Assembly (NCBI GenBank): GCA_049969615.1
Contig: JBMFOM010000035.1
Location: 1 to 16,609 of the forward strand
Direction: 5' to 3'
DNA length: 16,609 bases
Origin: a candidate division WOR-3 bacterium
GTDB taxonomy: Bacteria; Hydrothermota; Hydrothermia; JBDRYB01
Every line of letters begins with the position of its first letter. Position 1 is the first letter of the stretch. The translations under genes and the position numbers were made by a program. Below the pieces are notes generated by a model. That model was given only the letters and a program-made list of their open reading frames with translations. It was not told where the DNA came from and searched no databases. Shown in pieces: positions 1 through 8,099 of this stretch.

Positions 1-128
1 GAACCTTGCCCGGATGCTCAGGCTCAGAACCCCGGCCCGATTGCGAGACCCTTGTGCCACGGCCGCGCCTTCAATCCATAAAGGGCTGAGATGAGATTCC
101 AATTGAGTTCAAGCTTTAAGCTTTGCCC

Positions 129-749
129 GTGAACCTTCTCTATGCGATAACGGATGAGAATCTCATCCCCAAAAAGGATTTTCTGAGGGTCGTTGAATTA
201 GCCCTGGATGGGGGGGTTCAGATACTCCAGCTCAGGGATAAAACCACGCCGGACCCGGAACTCCTGGCCCTGGCGAGGGAGCTCAAAGCCCTGTGTGATG
301 AGCGCGGGGTCATCTTCGTAGTCAATGACAGGCTGGACATGGCCGCGGAGCTAGGCGCCGGCTTGCACCTCGGGGACGAGGACGCGCCGGTCGCGGTCGC
401 GAGGAAAGCGCTGGGGCCGGGCGCGTTCATTGGGAGGAGTTGCCACGACAGCCTAGCCCTTGCCCTTTCGGCCAGAAAGGAGGGCGCGTCATATGTGGCT
501 TTTGGCCCAATATACCCCACCCCAACGAAGCCGGACCGGCCAGGAATTGGTCTCAGAATCCTGGACGAGGCGAGGAAAGCGCTTGATTTCCCGTTCGCGG
601 CCATAGGTGGCATAGACGAGACCAACATCAGCCAGGTCGCGGCCAAAAAACCCTGGGCAATCTGCGTCATAAGGGCAGTTTTCGCGAGACCGGATCCGTG
701 TGAGGCCGCGGCGCGTCTGCGAGAGATCATCGCGCTTGAGTCAGCGTAA
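129..749 (+). CDS. thiE: Thiamine-phosphate synthase
   Basis: Motifs LYAITD, LQLRDK, FVVNDR, LHLGDED, GRSCH, YVAFGPIYPTPTKP, AIGGI match TMP-TENI/ThiE. ORF track starts at TTG 123; GTG 129 preferred because TAAGCT (117-122) lies exactly 6 nt upstream, as for other genes in the window. Confidence 0.95.
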   Translation: MNLLYAITDENLIPKKDFLRVVELALDGGVQILQLRDKTTPDPELLALARELKALCDERGVIFVVNDRLDMAAELGAGLHLGDEDAPVAVARKALGPGAFIGRSCHDSLALALSARKEGASYVAFGPIYPTPTKPDRPGIGLRILDEARKALDFPFAAIGGIDETNISQVAAKKPWAICVIRAVFARPDPCEAAARLREIIALESA

Positions 750-779
750 TCCGGAGATGAAACCCTTTTGGGTTGAGCC

Positions 780-1454
780 CTATTGCTTATTCTTGAGTTC
801 TGCTGTCATTGAGCCGAAGAAGACCTGGGTGTCAACCTTGATGGGCAGGCGCTGATCATCGGCCGTGAACCAGATCTTCAGGCCTCCACTCGCACCGAAG
901 ATGTTCTTTCCCGTGGAGACCTTTGGCTCAACCAGGTAACAATCAAACTCGCCGTAGGGGACCTTGATTTTTTCCTTCTTCTTTACCTCAACCTTCATCA
1001 TCTCCGAGCGCCTGTCAACATGATAAGGTAGCCAGAAAACCTTGCCCTCCTCAAGGGGTAGTTTTCTCACATAATAGAAGACAGCAAGCGGGTCCAATGC
1101 TCCCTTTGGTATATCCAGGGTATCCCCTTCTGGGTAAAGAGCCTTGTAGTTCCCTGGGTCATAGGAGATCCAGGTTTTCTTGTGATAACTTCCCTCGTTG
1201 ATGTCCTTCTGATAATAGACCGTCGCGAAGTCCGAGACCGAGACCCAGGAGTGTATCTCGTCCTTTACGTTGTAGAGGGGAATTCCGCCGTCTGCCTTGA
1301 GCCTAAAATGCCAGCATTTGATCCCGTTCTTTTCCTCGGTTCCGAGGACGACCAGGGTCATCTCGCCAGCTGAGATAAAACCGTATTTAACTCTGAAGGT
1401 CAGGGTCTCCCCCGAGTAAAACGGGAGCGATAGGAAGGTTAAAAGAAGGTTCAT
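780..1454 (-). CDS. DUF3108-like exported protein
   Basis: GETLTFRVKYGFISAG N-terminus, LDPLAVFYYVR, KIKVPYGEFDCYLVEP and IWFTADDQRLPIKV resemble DUF3108 proteins; short hydrophobic N-terminus MNLLLTFLSLPF. Start at second ATG (1454), 6 nt after TAAGCT (1461-1466); alternative 1460. Confidence 0.8.
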   Translation of the reverse strand: MNLLLTFLSLPFYSGETLTFRVKYGFISAGEMTLVVLGTEEKNGIKCWHFRLKADGGIPLYNVKDEIHSWVSVSDFATVYYQKDINEGSYHKKTWISYDPGNYKALYPEGDTLDIPKGALDPLAVFYYVRKLPLEEGKVFWLPYHVDRRSEMMKVEVKKKEKIKVPYGEFDCYLVEPKVSTGKNIFGASGGLKIWFTADDQRLPIKVDTQVFFGSMTAELKNKQ

Positions 1455-1546
1455 TTGCATAGCTTAAGGATAGACCCCGGTGCGACTCAAGTTGTTCCTC
1501 TGTAAGACCTCCCCGGGGACGTTTTTACGGCCGGGGTCGTGGGGTC

Positions 1547-3073
1547 CTAGCGAATAAATTTCACCGTCCTCGTGTCGTTGTTGGACCTGAGCACGACAAG
1601 ATAGACGCCGGCGGCCTTTATATCCGGGACAAAGGTGTGGGTGCCCGCGGAAAGGACGCCGTTGTAGAGGTTCTGGACGAGCCGACCCGACGCGTCGTAG
1701 AGGGATAATGAGACCATGGCCCCGGATGACAGAAAGAGGTAGAGGCTCGTGCCTATTGCCCTGAAACCGATGGTTTCGTTCCCGCCGGGTTCCTCGTTCT
1801 CGCCACCATACGTTGGGTTGTTGTCATCCAGCGCGTAAACTATGTTGCTGGTCGTGGTGCCCACAACTATTTCAATGCGCCCATCACCGTCTATGTCGCC
1901 AGGGAACGGGGCCCGGACAGCAACACCCATGCTCTTCTGCCAGAGGGTTGTCCCGGATTCCGCGTTGAGGCAGATGATCTGTCCACCGTCAGAGCCTATA
2001 ACAGCCTCCAGGTCCCCATTACCGTCAATATCTGCAATGAACAGAGTCCTGGCCGAGTTGCCTATGGGAAGGTCCATGCGCGCCCACTCCTGTGTCCCGG
2101 TTGCCCCGTCAAAGCAGTAGACATCGTCGGTTCCGTTTCCGACCAGAACCTCTTTCTGTCCGTCGCCGTCCACATCGGCTATGGCCGGAGTGCCATCAGC
2201 AATATTGCCTATAAAGACCTTCCACCTAAGCTTGCATGTATCGTTGCCGGATATGACCGTGTCCACAAGACAGTAAAGAGTATCAGAGTAGCCGGCGATG
2301 ACCACCTCCTCTTTTCCGCCGTCTCCCGCGAACAGATCGGCCGCGGCCGGAGATGAAAACACCATGCCGTTCGTGGGAAGTGTCCACCTCAGCGTGCCAT
2401 TGTTGTTCAGACAATAAATCTTGTTATCAGCAGAACCAACAACCACCTCAGGGGTTCCGTTTCCATCAACATCAGCCAGAGCGGGTGAAGAATTAACCAA
2501 ATTCCCCGTTGTATAAACCCATTCCTGGGTCCAGGCTGGGCCGTTTATGCAATAGACATTTGAACCAGCACCCACGACCACCTCTTTTTGTCCGTCCGCA
2601 TCCAGATCGGCAACCAAAGGAGAAGAGTAGTCTGTGTTGCCAGAGGTGGAAAAGACCTGTTCCTGCAATCCCGTCGCGCCGTTCACGCGGTATACCTTGC
2701 TGTTACCAGTGGTTATCACCTCCTGCTGGCCGTCACCATCTACATCCGCAATTGCCGGAGAACAGTCGCCGTTACTGCCGCCTGCTGTGAAGCTCCACTT
2801 CGCGGGTGTGCCGCTTGCACCGGGTAGGCAATAGATCTTTCCATCGTCACAACTTGCCAGCACCTCGGCCATGCCATCGCCATCGCAGTCAGCTATTCCA
2901 GAGTATGTGAGCCAAAAGAAACCGCTGGCAGTAAAGCTCCACTTCACGATGGGTGCTGTATTCATCGCGCCTGCCATGAGCTGGAGGGATGTATGGGCCG
3001 AGTCTCCGCCATACATGGGCCAGTTGCCCGAAACAGCCGTTATAAGAGCGATTTCAGAGATCATCGTAGTCAT
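1547..3073 (-). CDS. Secreted FG-GAP/PQQ-like 8-bladed beta-propeller protein with T9SS type A-like C-terminal sorting domain
   Basis: N-terminal WPMYGGDSAHT; eight (A/G)DxDG(D/N)GxxE-type Ca-binding repeats (one degenerate), most followed by (I/V/L)YC(L/I/F) and W; acidic linker; tail LYDASGRLV...AGVYLVVL...TVKFIR. SD AAGGAG at 3080-3085. Confidence 0.85.
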   Translation of the reverse strand: MTTMISEIALITAVSGNWPMYGGDSAHTSLQLMAGAMNTAPIVKWSFTASGFFWLTYSGIADCDGDGMAEVLASCDDGKIYCLPGASGTPAKWSFTAGGSNGDCSPAIADVDGDGQQEVITTGNSKVYRVNGATGLQEQVFSTSGNTDYSSPLVADLDADGQKEVVVGAGSNVYCINGPAWTQEWVYTTGNLVNSSPALADVDGNGTPEVVVGSADNKIYCLNNNGTLRWTLPTNGMVFSSPAAADLFAGDGGKEEVVIAGYSDTLYCLVDTVISGNDTCKLRWKVFIGNIADGTPAIADVDGDGQKEVLVGNGTDDVYCFDGATGTQEWARMDLPIGNSARTLFIADIDGNGDLEAVIGSDGGQIICLNAESGTTLWQKSMGVAVRAPFPGDIDGDGRIEIVVGTTTSNIVYALDDNNPTYGGENEEPGGNETIGFRAIGTSLYLFLSSGAMVSLSLYDASGRLVQNLYNGVLSAGTHTFVPDIKAAGVYLVVLRSNNDTRTVKFIR

Positions 3074-3103
3074 TATGGTCTCCTTGTTGATTTCACAGGT
3101 TAT

Positions 3104-3136
3104 ATTTTAAGGAATGAACCAACGCAAATCCGACGC
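3104..3136 (-). promoter_or_regulatory. Putative activator-dependent promoter of the propeller gene: heptamer direct repeats plus -10 box
   Basis: Minus strand reads GCGTCGG-attt-GCGTTGG-ttcattcct-TAAAAT: repeats at 3130-3136 and 3119-3125 (11-bp period), -10 at 3104-3109, no TTGA-type -35. Confidence 0.6.
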
Positions 3137-3161
3137 GTAATAAGCTAAGTGCTTATAATGG

Positions 3162-3191
3162 TTGAACTTAGGAGCATAGAGAGTGTAAAAT
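3162..3191 (+). promoter_or_regulatory. Sigma70-type promoter of the regulator gene (probably leaderless)
   Basis: TTGAAC (3162-3167), 18-nt spacer, TAAAAT (3186-3191), 6 nt, ATG 3198; no convincing SD. Confidence 0.55.
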
Positions 3192-3197
3192 ATTGGA

Positions 3198-4778
3198 ATG
3201 AACACAAGGGAAAAGATAAGCAGGGCCACGATCCTTTTCAGCGCCGGTCAGAATGAGGAATTTCAATCCTATATGGAAAAACTGAGGAATGAGGACTCAC
3301 TTGCTTTTTCCCTCACGGAAGTATGGCTTGCTGTCTGTAAGGCCGAGGCCTCCAGGGCTCTCAGGGTGGGCAGACGTCTTTTACCAGCTGTTTCGGACAA
3401 CCCCGATTTAGCGCCGCTCCTGTTTCGCTGGATAGGGATGTCATATAGAATGATGGGGGAACTTGGGGCCGCAGAAAACTACTATCTCCGAGCCATGGAG
3501 ATGGCCGAGAGAACCGGGGACAAAAAATCCGTTTCCGAGGCAAGGCTGAATCTCCTTTACAGCAGGTTCTTCAGGTCTGACTATGAACTCCTTTATGGCG
3601 AGCTCAAGGAATTTTTGAGAACAGAGGAAAATAACCACAGTGCATCCTACCTTATGGCTACTATGGAAATAATTCGCGGCAGGCCAGACAGGGGCGTGAA
3701 TATCCTGGATCGTCTTCTTGAATCTGTCGTAGGCAAGCATTTCACGCTCAGCATCAAGGAAATGAAAGGTTTAGCGCTTAGAATGCTTGGTAGGCCCAAA
3801 GAAGCACTGGAGACACTTCTGGACACTGCTTGCGGATTCGCGGATCTGGGTTCTGCCTACGCGGTCTTTCCCTGCGCTAAAGCTCTTGAAATATCCAGGC
3901 TCGGAGGTCAGGATCCGCCGCCTTCCAATCTGGTAAAAAGATGCCTCGCGTTATCAAGAAAAGGAGGTTGGGGTGAACGCGCCGCGGCAGAGGAGGTCTC
4001 TGCGCTCCTTCTGGAGGGACAGGGGGCCGCGAGGGGTCTTCTCTCGGCGGCCCGAGGTTATCGCAAGGTTTATCAAAATATGGAAGCCTTCATGTCCGGA
4101 GTTATGGCCGCGCTGTTGGGATGGAGAATAGATTCGCAGGTATTCCCGGAGGCCATGAAATTTCTTGGAGACATGATCCCGTTCTATCCCGGGTTCAAAA
4201 ATGACCCCCTTGTAGGCGATTTCATCTCCGGGATGGAGTTGTTTCTCAGTCGCGAAAGGGATAGCGGCCAACAAAAGGGGATAAGGGCTTATCTGATCGG
4301 AGAATTCAGGGTCGTGGTGGACGGCAGAGAAATACCCCTGTGGGGATGGCGCAGAAACAAGGCTCTCAGGGCTTTCGTTTATCTCCTTTTATCGCCCAAC
4401 CATCGGATACCGAAGGATCACCTCTTTTACCTGCTCTGGCCAAGAGAGAGGTTCAACCCCAGGACAAGGGAATGGCTTTATACCGCCTTGGTTACTGTGA
4501 GAAAAAACCTGGGAAGGCCGGGGCTTCTAACAAGGAAATATGACCATTACCAGTTAGAAGAGGTGTGGACCGACTTCAAAGAGCTGGAAAACCTGATCTA
4601 TCGGGCCGAGGCTACACAAGATCAAAAAGAAAGGGCTGAACTTCTGGACAGGGCGCGCGATCTGGCTAGACAAGAGCTATTGCCGGAGATCATTGACGAT
4701 CAATACATTGACGAACACAGGCAATACTACGAACGCCTGAGAAGGAGGGTTTTGGGGGATAAAAAGCCGGGCACGTGA
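3198..4778 (+). CDS. Transcriptional regulator: N-terminal TPR region, SARP/AfsR-type winged-helix domain and truncated BTAD
   Basis: TPR-like helices (IGMSYRMMGELGAAENYYLRAMEM, KGLALRMLGRPKEALETL); from about 4278 IRAYLIGEFRVVVDGREI...KALRAFVYLLL...HLFYLLWP...LYTALVTVRKNLG (SARP wHTH), then VWTDFKELE...ARDLARQELLPE...IDEHRQYYE (start of BTAD). No P-loop or receiver domain seen. Confidence 0.8.
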   Translation: MNTREKISRATILFSAGQNEEFQSYMEKLRNEDSLAFSLTEVWLAVCKAEASRALRVGRRLLPAVSDNPDLAPLLFRWIGMSYRMMGELGAAENYYLRAMEMAERTGDKKSVSEARLNLLYSRFFRSDYELLYGELKEFLRTEENNHSASYLMATMEIIRGRPDRGVNILDRLLESVVGKHFTLSIKEMKGLALRMLGRPKEALETLLDTACGFADLGSAYAVFPCAKALEISRLGGQDPPPSNLVKRCLALSRKGGWGERAAAEEVSALLLEGQGAARGLLSAARGYRKVYQNMEAFMSGVMAALLGWRIDSQVFPEAMKFLGDMIPFYPGFKNDPLVGDFISGMELFLSRERDSGQQKGIRAYLIGEFRVVVDGREIPLWGWRRNKALRAFVYLLLSPNHRIPKDHLFYLLWPRERFNPRTREWLYTALVTVRKNLGRPGLLTRKYDHYQLEEVWTDFKELENLIYRAEATQDQKERAELLDRARDLARQELLPEIIDDQYIDEHRQYYERLRRRVLGDKKPGT

Positions 4779-4808
4779 TGGGCCTAGCTATGTTGGGATC
4801 CGGTTTTC

Positions 4809-5714
4809 CTAGGTGAACAAAAACTTCATCAGGGCCTTCTGCGCGTGCAAGCGGTTCTCAGCCTGGTCATAGACCAATGAGTAAGGCGCGTCAATGACCC
4901 CATCCGTGACCTCCTCTCCCCTGTGCGCTGGCAGGCAATGCATGAACATCGCACCTTTCGGGGCTTTTGCCATCAGGGCCTCGTTGACCTGGTAAGCCGC
5001 GAATACCTTCTTGCGCTCCTCAGCCTCAGCTTCCTGGCCCATAGACGCCCAGACATCCGTATAGATGAAATCCGCGTCCCGGACGGCCTCGGTTGGGTCA
5101 TTCGTAACTATTAGCCTCGCGCCGGAAGCCCGTGCCTCCTTTTCCGCCCTCTTCAAGACTGAAGGATTTGGCTCGTATCCGCGGGGCGTGGCAACCGCGA
5201 CGTTCGCTCCCAACATCGCGCCCATGAGCAGGAGCGAGTGCGCCACATTGTTTCCGTCGCCCACAAAGGCAAGGTTGAAACGAAAATCCCCCTTCTTTTC
5301 CCATATGGTAAGGAAATCCGCAAGGGCCTGACAGGGATGCTCAAGGTCCGAGAGGGCGTTTATAACGGGAATACGGGTTTCCGCCATTATCTGGAGGGAC
5401 TCGTGCGAATAGACCCTCGCTATTATGCCGTCGCACCAGCGCTCAAGGTTAAGGGCCACATCCTTGACGCCCTCACGCTTGCCCAGGCTGATGTCCCCCG
5501 GCGCGAGATATATGCCACGCGCTCCCATCTGCAAAAGCCCGACCTCAAAGGTCACCCTGGTCCGGAGGGACTGCTTCTCAAAGATCAAGGCAAAGACAGC
5601 GCCCCCTAGCTCCTCGCTGAGATACCTGGGCTTCATTGATCTGGCCATCTCAAGGACCTCTAAGGTCTCATCCTTTGACAGGTCCAGAACCGAAAGATAG
5701 TCTCTCTTTTTCAT
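4809..5714 (-). CDS. argF: Ornithine carbamoyltransferase
   Basis: FEKQSLRTR, INALSDLEHPCQALAD, GDGNNVAHSL, YTDVWASMGQE, FMHCLPAHRGEEV, DQAENRLHAQKA. Start reassigned to ATG 5714 (MKKRDYLS). Confidence 0.93.
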   Translation of the reverse strand: MKKRDYLSVLDLSKDETLEVLEMARSMKPRYLSEELGGAVFALIFEKQSLRTRVTFEVGLLQMGARGIYLAPGDISLGKREGVKDVALNLERWCDGIIARVYSHESLQIMAETRIPVINALSDLEHPCQALADFLTIWEKKGDFRFNLAFVGDGNNVAHSLLLMGAMLGANVAVATPRGYEPNPSVLKRAEKEARASGARLIVTNDPTEAVRDADFIYTDVWASMGQEAEAEERKKVFAAYQVNEALMAKAPKGAMFMHCLPAHRGEEVTDGVIDAPYSLVYDQAENRLHAQKALMKFLFT

Positions 5715-5785
5715 GTTAGTTCCGAAACCATACAACAAACGATAATAATTCCCCAACCAACCCACGCAGGCAAAGAAACCTGCCG

Positions 5786-6919
5786 CTACTTGTTTTTACC
5801 CTCAAGCTCCAGCGCCCTCTTGAAAGCCTCCATGGACTCCTTCTTGCTGTTAAGGTTCTTCAATATCGCACCCTTCAGGTTATAGGCATCAGGAGTCTCG
5901 TTTATTGATATGGCTGTGTTGATGGCTATGAGGGCCTTTTCCTGGTCGGATTTTTCCTTTGACGGAAGGAGCGCACCGGCGAGGAGGAACCACCCGTTGT
6001 AATCGTTCGGCTTGAGGGATGTGTATCTCTCAAGCGCGGCCGCGGCCTCCGCTGACTTCTCAGTCTTTATGTAACAGATACCCAGGTTGAGCCATGCCTC
6101 TCCGAGATTCTCATCCAGCTTGGCGGCTTTGGAAAAGCTCTCCGCGGCAACGGTGTAGTGCTTCAGGATCTCAGGCTTGAGAACCTCCTTCTCCTTGGGG
6201 TCCTTTGACTGATTGAACTTCTCCTCAACCTTCTTTCCCCTCTCAAAGTTGATGAAACCAAGCTCCTTGTAGGCCTCGGCGTAAGCCGTGTCCAGCTTCA
6301 GGGCTTCCCGTATGAGTTTCTCTGCCTCGTCGAGCTTTCCGTCCTGCTCCGCGAAGAGCGCGAGGTGGAGCTTTACCTGGGGGTTCTTCGGATCAAGCCT
6401 GTCAGCCTCCGTAAGGGCTTTCCTGGCGCTCGCGGTATCCTTCATCTGCTCGTAGGCCGAGACCAGCAGGAGGTAGGCCTTTGCCTCGTTGGGGCGGAGC
6501 TTCCTCGCTTCGTCAAGGTATTTTAGCGCGGCCTTCGCGTCCCCCTCGTTGAGGCAATTTATGCCTGCGTTCAGGATCACCTGATAAACACCGTTCGCAT
6601 CAAAAACAGGGGAACCGGCAATGATCAGCTCCCGGTTTATGGCATCGGGGTTCCTGGAAGAGCTGTCAATCGCAAAAGCCTTCATGAAGAAGTCGGCCGC
6701 GACGTTGTAGTCCTCCTCTCCGGCCTTGATTACACCCATCCAGAGATATGGTTTGGCGCTGGCTGGGTCGGATTCGGCCCAGGCCTGGGCCTCGGCCATG
6801 GCCTTCGCGTTATCCCTCTGCTGAATGTATATCTTGACGGATGAAGCGTGCGGGTTTCCAGCGACGCAACCGTTCGCGACGGTTCCCATTACAGCGAAGA
6901 TGAAGCCTTTTCTCAACAT
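5786..6919 (-). CDS. Tetratricopeptide-repeat lipoprotein
   Basis: MLRKGFIFAVMGTVANG-C lipobox-like N-terminus; multiple TPR motifs (AYLLLVSAYEQM, AYKELGFINFE, AWLNLGICYIK, AYNLKGAILKNL); SD GGAGGA (6927-6932) 7 nt before ATG 6919. Confidence 0.85.
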   Translation of the reverse strand: MLRKGFIFAVMGTVANGCVAGNPHASSVKIYIQQRDNAKAMAEAQAWAESDPASAKPYLWMGVIKAGEEDYNVAADFFMKAFAIDSSSRNPDAINRELIIAGSPVFDANGVYQVILNAGINCLNEGDAKAALKYLDEARKLRPNEAKAYLLLVSAYEQMKDTASARKALTEADRLDPKNPQVKLHLALFAEQDGKLDEAEKLIREALKLDTAYAEAYKELGFINFERGKKVEEKFNQSKDPKEKEVLKPEILKHYTVAAESFSKAAKLDENLGEAWLNLGICYIKTEKSAEAAAALERYTSLKPNDYNGWFLLAGALLPSKEKSDQEKALIAINTAISINETPDAYNLKGAILKNLNSKKESMEAFKRALELEGKNK

Positions 6920-7152
6920 GGTTTTATCCTCCAAAAATCTTTTCGGCCGAAATTATGCTACAGGCCTTCAGAACGTTTCAAGTAAAACAAGCGCAGTCAA
7001 AAATCTTTCCGGCTCAAAGGCACGAAGGCTGGCTGAAATAGGTCCCAAAACTGCTTTCCGGGAATGGGCAAGTTAAGATCATCTTTTGCTCTGAAACCGC
7101 CAAACCCTTGCCCTAACAACGATCACCAATACACAACGAATACCCTGCGCGT

Positions 7153-7183
7153 TTGATCCTGCACGGCAAGGGGATTATAATAT
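7153..7183 (+). promoter_or_regulatory. Sigma70-type promoter of the phosphate acyltransferase gene
   Basis: TTGATC (7153-7158), 17 nt, TATAAT (7176-7181); overlapping TAATAT (7178-7183) is 6 nt before ATG 7190; no SD. Confidence 0.6.
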
Positions 7184-7189
7184 ACGCTT

Positions 7190-8077
7190 ATGCCGGTAAT
7201 AGAGCATTACGAAGCCCTAATAAAGATGGCGCAGACCAAGAGGGAAGTCAAGGTAGTGGTTCCCTCACCCGAGAGCGAGAACCTGATAGAGGGCCTGGCG
7301 ATGTCCTCTCACCTGGCATATCCTATCCTAGTGGGAGACGAAAAAAAGATAAAACCCCTTTTGGAAAAGTGCAGTCTTGAAGCCGAAGTGGTAAATGTCC
7401 CCGGAATGCACGAAGCGCTTTACAAAGCGCTGGAGATAGTGCGTGGGGGCGGCGCAGATATGATCATGAAGGGGAAGGCCGACACCCCAACCTTCATGCA
7501 CGCCGTCCTTGACAAGGAGAGGGGCATAAGGACCGGTAAGCTCCTTTCTCACATAACATGCATGGAGATACCGGGCTATCACAAACTGCTCTTTGTCACG
7601 GACGCGGGTATAATCATAAGGCCCACTCTTGAGCAGAAACTGCACATGATGGACAACCTCCTTGGGGTTCTCACAAAGCTGGGATATGACAAGCCGAAGA
7701 TAGCCATGCTTACCAGCCTTGAGGTTCCGAACCCGGACATGCCGGAGACACTGGAGGCCGCGGCCATGGCCAAGTTCGCGGAGAGGGGCCACTTTGGTTC
7801 GGCTATTGTTGATGGACCCCTTGCCCTTGATGTCGCGCTTGACAAGGAATCAGCCAGGATCAAAGGCCTTTCGGGTGAGGTCATGGGAGACGCTGATGTG
7901 CTCTTTGTTCCGGATGTCATAACAGGCAACACCTTCTGCAAGGGCATGGTCCTGTTTGCGGGAGCCAAAATGGGCGGGTTCATCTCCGGAGCAAGGGTTC
8001 CCATAGTCTTCCTATCCCGTTCGGATACTCCTGAGCGCAAGCTCTACTCAATAGCGTTCGCTGTGGCCGCAAAGTAA
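7190..8077 (+). CDS. ptb: Phosphate butyryltransferase / phosphate acetyltransferase (PTA_PTB family)
   Basis: ADMIMKG, LLSHI, LLFVTDAGIIIRPTLEQK, VDGPLALDVA, ADVLFVPDVITGN, GARVPIVFLSRSD; 295 aa single-domain Ptb size. Confidence 0.85.
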   Translation: MPVIEHYEALIKMAQTKREVKVVVPSPESENLIEGLAMSSHLAYPILVGDEKKIKPLLEKCSLEAEVVNVPGMHEALYKALEIVRGGGADMIMKGKADTPTFMHAVLDKERGIRTGKLLSHITCMEIPGYHKLLFVTDAGIIIRPTLEQKLHMMDNLLGVLTKLGYDKPKIAMLTSLEVPNPDMPETLEAAAMAKFAERGHFGSAIVDGPLALDVALDKESARIKGLSGEVMGDADVLFVPDVITGNTFCKGMVLFAGAKMGGFISGARVPIVFLSRSDTPERKLYSIAFAVAAK

Positions 8078-8099
8078 GCGAAGTCCGAATGTTTCTTTG

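Noticed and set aside
1-122. TPP riboswitch upstream of thiE (GGGCTGAGA at 83-91)
   Set aside because: Only the GCTGAGA element is present; the downstream ACCC / CCTGA / TAAT / GCGNAGG core is missing, and thiE appears leaderless.
1473-1538. Inverted repeat GACCCCGG / CCGGGGTC between the propeller and DUF3108-like genes
   Set aside because: 8-bp GC-rich arms with a long spacer, no U tract and no second copy in the window; cannot be called a terminator or MITE.
1800-2950. Propeller repeats as a CRISPR array, DGR variable region or DNA tandem repeat
   Set aside because: Repeats are degenerate at DNA level and conserved only as protein motifs; no reverse transcriptase, cas gene or template/variable repeat pair was seen.
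3198-4778. Regulator as a STAND/Avs-type antiphage protein or RRNPP quorum-sensing receptor with a peptide gene
   Set aside because: No P-loop NTPase or effector domain, and no convincing small signalling-peptide ORF adjacent to it.
1547-4778. Regulator-propeller pair as a mobile element
   Set aside because: No integrase or transposase, terminal repeats or target-site duplication were found at the boundaries.
5766-5783. GCAGG / CCTGC hairpin between the TPR lipoprotein gene and argF
   Set aside because: Only a 5-bp stem with no U tract; insufficient to call a terminator.
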